Source: a virus (lineage: Duplodnaviria > Caudoviricetes). From it: a stretch of DNA of 31,718 nucleotides. The stretch is from the IMG/VR virus record IMGVR_UViG_3300025034_000048, positions 1 to 31,718 of that record. One strand, given 5' to 3'. Position 1 is the stretch's first letter. The number at the start of each line of letters is the position of its first letter. Made by a program: the position numbers and the translations under genes. The notes below the pieces were generated by a model, which worked only from the letters and a program-made list of their open reading frames with translations, searched no databases and had not been told where the DNA came from. Shown here one piece after another: positions 27,186-31,718 of this stretch.

Positions 27186-27850
27186 GAGGCTAACGAGTTG
27201 CTGGTTACTACATTCAACGCTTCATTCGCAACGCTAACTAATAAAGTACGGCAGGGAATTATGAGCTAACTTGTTGAAAACATTGGATTTTATTACTTTA
27301 ATTACTTACTTCCAATTTGTATATAATATAATATACAATTATAAAATTAGGAATTTCATATGTACCCTCGAAAATATCATGGTCAAATATATGGCCGGTA
27401 TATGGCTTTTTCTCAAAGTTATCCACTAAGATCATTAGAAGTAAGTAAGAAAATAAATATATGTAATAAAATCAACAAGTTAAACAAGAAAACCCTTCCT
27501 TACTTTATTAGTTAGCTAGGCGAATGAAGCCATAAAAAAGACATTGTTGTAACGCCTCATTTTTGGTACTTTTTTGAAAAATCAACTGGCCAAAAATATG
27601 TCCAAAAGTGGACCACTTTTTTATAAGCTCAGTAAAAATATATTGAAAAACTTCAACAAAATCAATGAGTTAGCTCATAATTCCGTTACAAAATTAACTC
27701 AAAAAAATTAGTTAGCCAAAAAGCCCAGAGGCTAACTAATTAAGAGGCAAGCAATTAGGCCATCCAAAAAGCCATTAAAAAGCCATTAAAAAGCCATAGG
27801 AAACCAAAGTTAAAATCAAAAAGGTCTAAGAGGCTAACTAGTTGATTTTT
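27186..27850. promoter_or_regulatory. AT-rich non-coding locus with nested inverted repeats, iterons and IHF-consensus sites (candidate origin or packaging/terminus site)
   Basis: 30-bp IR 27219-27248/27501-27530 (27/30 match); 17-bp perfect IR 27255-27271/27668-27684; 12-bp IR 27706-27717/27730-27741; WATCAANNNNTTR at 27470, 27660 and 27835 (reverse); AAAAAGCCATT x3 at 27766-27797. Confidence 0.7.
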
Positions 27851-28045
27851 TCAAAAAACCAAAAATCATCGTTGGGTAGCACAGTCACACATACACACAC
27901 AGAAAAGGCCCGTGCATATCCACAGGCCTATCAGTTGCTCCAGTCACAGGTTCGATTCGATTTGTCACGTTTCGTATCCGCGCTTTCGTGCCCGTGCTCG
28001 CGGCACTACTACCGCCGACGTTAGTTTGCCCGTAAAGCGTTGAAT

Positions 28046-28456
28046 CTAAGGTTGCTTGTAAGGGAGACGGTATGTCCAGCCACCTTCGGCCGCACGCTGT
28101 GCCCAAATGTCTGCGCGTGCCCGAAGAACTCCTCGAGCGTATTCCGAGGAGGCACTTTCAGCATCTCTCCGGGCTTTCTGCTCACGCTCCAAACAGTCAT
28201 CCTTCGTCCAATGTGTCTTTTTTGGTTTCGCCAGCAATTTGTTAATGCCCGCAGCAACCCTTCTCGCATACTCTACAAAGAACTCGTTGCACCTCGCATA
28301 GCTAGACATTTGGTGCGAGTCATCACCCCACATTATTCTCCCGTAGAGGCGGTCCATGTCTGCCATATCCGCTAAGACTGTCGCAAGCTGCTTCTCGTCG
28401 ATGACGGCTCTCGCACTCGCACTCGCTTCCGCTTCCCTTTCCGCTTCTGTTACCAC
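28046..28456 (-). CDS. Hypothetical protein
   Basis: AGGAG RBS, GTG start, helical charged 136-aa protein. Confidence 0.65.
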   Translation of the reverse strand: MVTEAEREAEASASARAVIDEKQLATVLADMADMDRLYGRIMWGDDSHQMSSYARCNEFFVEYARRVAAGINKLLAKPKKTHWTKDDCLEREQKARRDAESASSEYARGVLRARADIWAQRAAEGGWTYRLPYKQP

Positions 28457-28495
28457 TTCACTGCTCCTAAATGAATTGGTGGGGGGGGGAGGCTA

Positions 28496-28933
28496 TCAGT
28501 TAGCTCCCAAAGTGTTGCTCATGATGCTCAAGTACTCCCAGTAGCTGACGACGTACCCCAACGATGCGTTTGAACAGTCCATAGTTTCCATCCAAAGTCT
28601 TTGACGTTCATGCTGCTCCACTTCGTCGAGGGCCGTGACAGTACGATCCATAGTTTCAAAGCTCTCAATGGTTCTCTGGCTGGTTTGGAGGAGTGTCTCA
28701 GCGCGTCTGGTAGGCCCTTGCTTTTGGCCAAGTACCGCATCAGTGTATGCCTTGATCTCTTGGCGGTCGTTGCAGGCCTCGTCCCGTATCGCCGCAAAGT
28801 ACGCCAGGCGTTCAGCGCGTTGAGTGTCAAGCTTTGAATTCTTGTACAGGATAGCAGCCACACTAATCGCGACTGCGACCGTTATGACTGCATAACCAAC
28901 CAGCAAACTTTTCTGTTCTCGGGAGATGCTCAT
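28496..28933 (-). CDS. N-terminally membrane-anchored helical protein
   Basis: LLVGYAVITVAVAISVAAILY TM segment; ATGA overlap with the upstream gene. Confidence 0.7.
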   Translation of the reverse strand: MSISREQKSLLVGYAVITVAVAISVAAILYKNSKLDTQRAERLAYFAAIRDEACNDRQEIKAYTDAVLGQKQGPTRRAETLLQTSQRTIESFETMDRTVTALDEVEQHERQRLWMETMDCSNASLGYVVSYWEYLSIMSNTLGAN

Positions 28934-29118
28934 CGGGACGTCCTCGGTACTACTGTTTGCCGCGGCATCAAGGTTGAATTGAGGCGCTGGAAAACCTCCT
29001 GAACGGTGGTGTCAGGATTCCGGATTGCTTCTCTGCGGGAGATGAAACGTCCTGTGATGGCGCTCCGGTACTTAAACACTTTGGTCTGAGGTAACTTCGA
29101 TGTTTGGTTTGGTCTCAC
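28930..29118 (-). CDS. Small basic protein with RSAITGRF...NPDTTVQE motif
   Basis: AAGGAG/AGGA RBS, GTG start. The motif is recalled from small phage/bacterial proteins of unknown function. Confidence 0.65.
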   Translation of the reverse strand: MRPNQTSKLPQTKVFKYRSAITGRFISRREAIRNPDTTVQEVFQRLNSTLMPRQTVVPRTSR

Positions 29119-29204
29119 TTCCTAACTCCTTGTACTATGTTGCGTGGTGAGAACTGTATCTGAGGTGCTTGCGCTACTGCAACCAGCTGCCTTTAGTCTG
29201 CCCG

Positions 29205-29600
29205 TTAAATGTCGGAATCAGTATCGAGCACTGCAGGCCTCAATTCGACTTTATCGGCGTAGACAAAGAAGTTGGACCATCTGATCAGGAAGGTCTTCAG
29301 AGCCTCAGAGATTGTCAGGTGACAAATGCTGAGGTCTGAATATCGACCGCCCTGAACACCGTTCAATTCATTGTTAGCGTCCATGTCGGCGATCACGTCT
29401 ACATCTGCATTTCTCAGTCCAGTGCGCGGCAGAGCCATCAATTGACCTCTGGCCAGATCGCACGGAATTCCCTTGAGAATGAATGTTTCAGTGTCCCTGA
29501 AATAGAACAAGTCGCCTACAAACACCTCGTCAAGGTTGCGGATGTAGACTACTGCGCCAGTTTTCAGGCAAGGATTCCACATGAAGTTTGTGCGTTCCAT
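29205..29600 (-). CDS. Hypothetical protein; paralog of 29610..29972
   Basis: GAGGAGG RBS; shares VYIRN.D.V..GDL.Y, F.L..IP.D, VD.IAD and ISEAL. Confidence 0.75.
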   Translation of the reverse strand: MERTNFMWNPCLKTGAVVYIRNLDEVFVGDLFYFRDTETFILKGIPCDLARGQLMALPRTGLRNADVDVIADMDANNELNGVQGGRYSDLSICHLTISEALKTFLIRWSNFFVYADKVELRPAVLDTDSDI

Positions 29601-29609
29601 AACACCTCC

Positions 29610-29972
29610 TCAATTGGGTTTAATTGGAGTGCCTTGCAAGTGCTCCGGGATCTGATCTGCCTGTACACGGAAGTTAGGCAGCGCCTCTAGAGTGTCTCTT
29701 AAGGCCTCAGAGATTCTCAGGATGCGGATGTTGAGAGCAGCGTACCCGCTCTCATCTGCGCACAACACACATGTAGCGTCGGCGATCAAATCGACGCTGC
29801 GAGGCTCGGTCGCGGGTACGGTGATCAAGCAATCCGTACCTACGTCGTATGGAATTCTTGTAAGGGTAAACGCCTCGTCCCTTTCGTCGTAGTATAGATC
29901 CCCTGTGAGCACCATGTCGAAGTTGCGGATGTACACTAACACGCCTACCCTCATTAGCAGATTCAATTTCAT
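29610..29972 (-). CDS. Hypothetical protein; paralog of 29205..29600
   Basis: AAGGA RBS, downstream of the promoter at 30014-30042; same motifs as its neighbour. Confidence 0.75.
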   Translation of the reverse strand: MKLNLLMRVGVLVYIRNFDMVLTGDLYYDERDEAFTLTRIPYDVGTDCLITVPATEPRSVDLIADATCVLCADESGYAALNIRILRISEALRDTLEALPNFRVQADQIPEHLQGTPIKPN

Positions 29973-30013
29973 GGCGGTTCCTTGCTTCCTCGATTGATTT
30001 CTGAGTAATCTAT

Positions 30014-30042
30014 ATTATAGAGCAATTCAATGCAGATTTCAA
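30014..30042 (-). promoter_or_regulatory. Sigma70-consensus promoter
   Basis: TTGAAA-17 nt-TATAAT. Confidence 0.75.
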
Positions 30043-30057
30043 GGGCTTCATTGAGGT

Positions 30058-30525
30058 TCACCTCTTCGTTACATTCCCTAGGTAGCGTTCTGCATATTCT
30101 AAAGCTTTAAGTGCGTGTGCAGGCACTATTCTACCTCTGCCGTAAGAAACTGCCAGCAACATACTGTAGTAGTGATCTACCAGAAAGCCTGCATAGCCTT
30201 CGCTTTCGATGACCTCATTTAGATAGTGGTTGTATATTAGCAGGGTGAGGATTGCTCCGAAAGTTTTCGCATTTACCTCCTGGGCGTAAAGCTTCGATTC
30301 AGTGTTTATGCTATACGTACCTTCAGGCGCGACAAGAAATGTGCAGCCGTCGATTGTTTGAAGATCCCAATTCCCATCCTCGTTGCAATTTTTTGTTAGT
30401 TGGGCGCCTATCTTGAACACATGGCGTTTAAGTTCAAGTAATTCCGGCAAATCAAACGTTCGGCCGGACATGGAAAGTAGTCGAGGAAGCCAACTCAATT
30501 TAAATCCCTGTTCAGAATTGCTCAT
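30058..30525 (-). CDS. Antirestriction protein, KlcA/ArdB-like (divergent)
   Basis: GAGGAG RBS before MSNSEQ. VF....L.....GNWDL....G..FLVAP...VNAKTFGAILTLL....LVDHYYSM follows the G.W.F....G.FYMAP...SA.A.G...L...Y..L pattern of the family. Confidence 0.6.
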   Translation of the reverse strand: MSNSEQGFKLSWLPRLLSMSGRTFDLPELLELKRHVFKIGAQLTKNCNEDGNWDLQTIDGCTFLVAPEGTYSINTESKLYAQEVNAKTFGAILTLLIYNHYLNEVIESEGYAGFLVDHYYSMLLAVSYGRGRIVPAHALKALEYAERYLGNVTKR

Positions 30526-30554
30526 TTGTTGCTCCTCTGGTAGTGCAAACTTGG

Positions 30555-30725
30555 TTACAGTTCCTGTACTTCCCCGCAAATCGTGCATTCCCATCCCACG
30601 GCCTGAGCCGTCCCAAAACCTCCGTTGGTGGGCTTATCAAACAACTCCCAACGATGATTGCAGGGGGTAGTGGTTTCTTCGGCAGCCACGCCATGGATTG
30701 CGTGCTGGTTTTCGTCAACGTACAT
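30555..30725 (-). CDS. Small Zn-ribbon-like protein (56 aa)
   Basis: GAGGAG RBS; CNHRW...WECTICGE (CxH...CxxC). Confidence 0.6.
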   Translation of the reverse strand: MYVDENQHAIHGVAAEETTTPCNHRWELFDKPTNGGFGTAQAVGWECTICGEVQEL

Positions 30726-30729
30726 TCGC

Positions 30730-31020
30730 TCACTCCTCCTCGGCTGGCTCGCTGATGTACTTACCTGTTTTGTAAAGTTGCTCGCACATAGCAAGGTGAT
30801 TGTCTATTGCAACACCGTCTTCGATTACTGCTATCGTATCCATAATTTCCTTGCCTTCGGTGTTGAAGGTGCTGGCCGTTGTCTTATGGAAATATTGCGG
30901 GCTACAGTTTGATGGCGGCCCCTTGAGGTTTGTAGTCGTAATCAAGAAGCACTCGCCCATATAGTTAACGTACGTCGTTATTACTATGCCTTCACGCGGA
31001 CGTCCATTATCTGCGGCCAT
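30730..31020 (-). CDS. Hypothetical protein; paralog array copy 3
   Basis: AAGGAG RBS, MAADN start; ends HLAMCEQLYKTGKY. Confidence 0.75.
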   Translation of the reverse strand: MAADNGRPREGIVITTYVNYMGECFLITTTNLKGPPSNCSPQYFHKTTASTFNTEGKEIMDTIAVIEDGVAIDNHLAMCEQLYKTGKYISEPAEEE

Positions 31021-31021
31021 T

Positions 31022-31321
31022 TCATTCTCCTTGCGAGCCCAAATCATACTTACCTGTACGAGAAAGTTGCTCGCATATGTCAACGTGGTATTCAAAGCTT
31101 TTGGTACTTGAGAAGTGGGCCATAATTCCAAGGGAAGATTGGTCAGACTCATTTAACATTGTAGCCATATGCTCATAGTAGAATATCCCTTGCCCATATG
31201 GGGAGGAACATTCCATGAGTATAGTAGATACAAAGAAGCACGTACCCTTGTGCCACACATGGCTTTGGATTACGGGTGTGCCGGATCGCGTCCAGTTAGC
31301 TTCTTCATTCTTTTCTATCAT
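31022..31321 (-). CDS. Hypothetical protein; paralog array copy 2
   Basis: GGAG RBS, MIEKN start; ends HVDICEQLSRTGKY. Confidence 0.75.
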   Translation of the reverse strand: MIEKNEEANWTRSGTPVIQSHVWHKGTCFFVSTILMECSSPYGQGIFYYEHMATMLNESDQSSLGIMAHFSSTKSFEYHVDICEQLSRTGKYDLGSQGE

Positions 31322-31322
31322 T

Positions 31323-31622
31323 TCATTCTCCATATTGACCAGAAATATACTTGCCTGTCCGAACAAGCTGATCGCACACTTCGTAGTGGTCGCTGATTCT
31401 AGCAAAATCACTCACCAAGCAACACACGGAACCCATCACCTCTTCTTGTACATGATCAAACTCCCACGCGAGCGTAGTAAAGTAGTCACGCGTAATGCTA
31501 ACGTCTGAACCATCGGCCAACTGGTTTTTCATAGTAATGACCCGGAAAAAGTTTCCTTCATGCCACACATCGGTCTTGAGAATCACACCGTATTTAGGCG
31601 GCTGCTTGTTTTCATGATTCAT
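31323..31622 (-). CDS. Hypothetical protein; paralog array copy 1
   Basis: GAGGG RBS, MNHEN start; ends HYEVCDQLVRTGKY. Confidence 0.75.
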   Translation of the reverse strand: MNHENKQPPKYGVILKTDVWHEGNFFRVITMKNQLADGSDVSITRDYFTTLAWEFDHVQEEVMGSVCCLVSDFARISDHYEVCDQLVRTGKYISGQYGE

Positions 31623-31718
31623 TTTGCTTCCCTCAATTAAGCGATGGCTTAGCTGCCGAGACTCGCACACTACTTCGGTAGGTGTATTTTCCGCAGCCGG
31701 TAGACCTTATTACGCATC

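Noticed and set aside
27219-27530. Protelomerase telRL hairpin site or IS terminal repeats
   Set aside because: The centre is not a perfect palindrome, and no protelomerase, transposase or target duplication is seen in the window. Not fully excluded.
27087-28106. Short ORFs in and beside the AT-rich locus
   Set aside because: No clear RBS and composition dominated by repeats; treated as non-coding.
30512-30733. 73-aa ORF MSECTLTK...
   Set aside because: The overlapping 30555..30725 frame has a properly spaced SD and a CxH/CxxC motif.
30730-31670. Long upstream starts given by the ORF track (31152, 31411, 31670)
   Set aside because: The first two overlap neighbouring genes heavily; SD-supported starts at 31020, 31321 and 31622 give equal-length paralogs.
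1-31718. Stop-codon reassignment, tRNA or rRNA genes
   Set aside because: Conserved genes are full length in the standard code, and no cloverleaf or rRNA-like segment was recognised by eye.

Overview
A 31.7-kb segment of a tailed dsDNA phage of the long, non-contractile-tail type. A proteobacterial host is inferred from sigma70-consensus promoters, IHF-consensus sites and a lambda-like M-L-K-I-J tail tip. Almost all real genes are on the minus strand. From right to left: (i) small accessory genes at about 28.0-31.7 kb, including a three-gene paralog array with a 301-bp period, a duplicated gene pair and a KlcA/ArdB-like antirestriction gene; (ii) an AT-rich, non-coding, highly symmetric locus at about 27.2-27.9 kb with nested inverted repeats, GCTAACT iterons and 3-4 IHF-consensus sites; (iii) a cassette at about 25.35-27.1 kb bounded by two short tandem-repeat arrays, holding two convergent units, each with a 'RYQH' HTH gene and an unannotated membrane microprotein; (iv) TerS-like gene, TerL with an atypical Pro1 mini-intein in Walker A, and portal; (v) a five-gene insertion (exported protein, membrane proteins, endolysin) between portal and prohead protease; (vi) protease/scaffold with two nested internal starts, decoration protein, major capsid, neck, tail tube, frameshifted tail chaperone, tape measure, M, L, K, I, a J whose coiled-coil/DUF1983-like part appears to sit in the next gene, and a truncated distal tail gene. 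No rRNA, tRNA, CRISPR array, integrase or reverse transcriptase is visible. Family assignments come from motif recognition and gene order, not from database searches.
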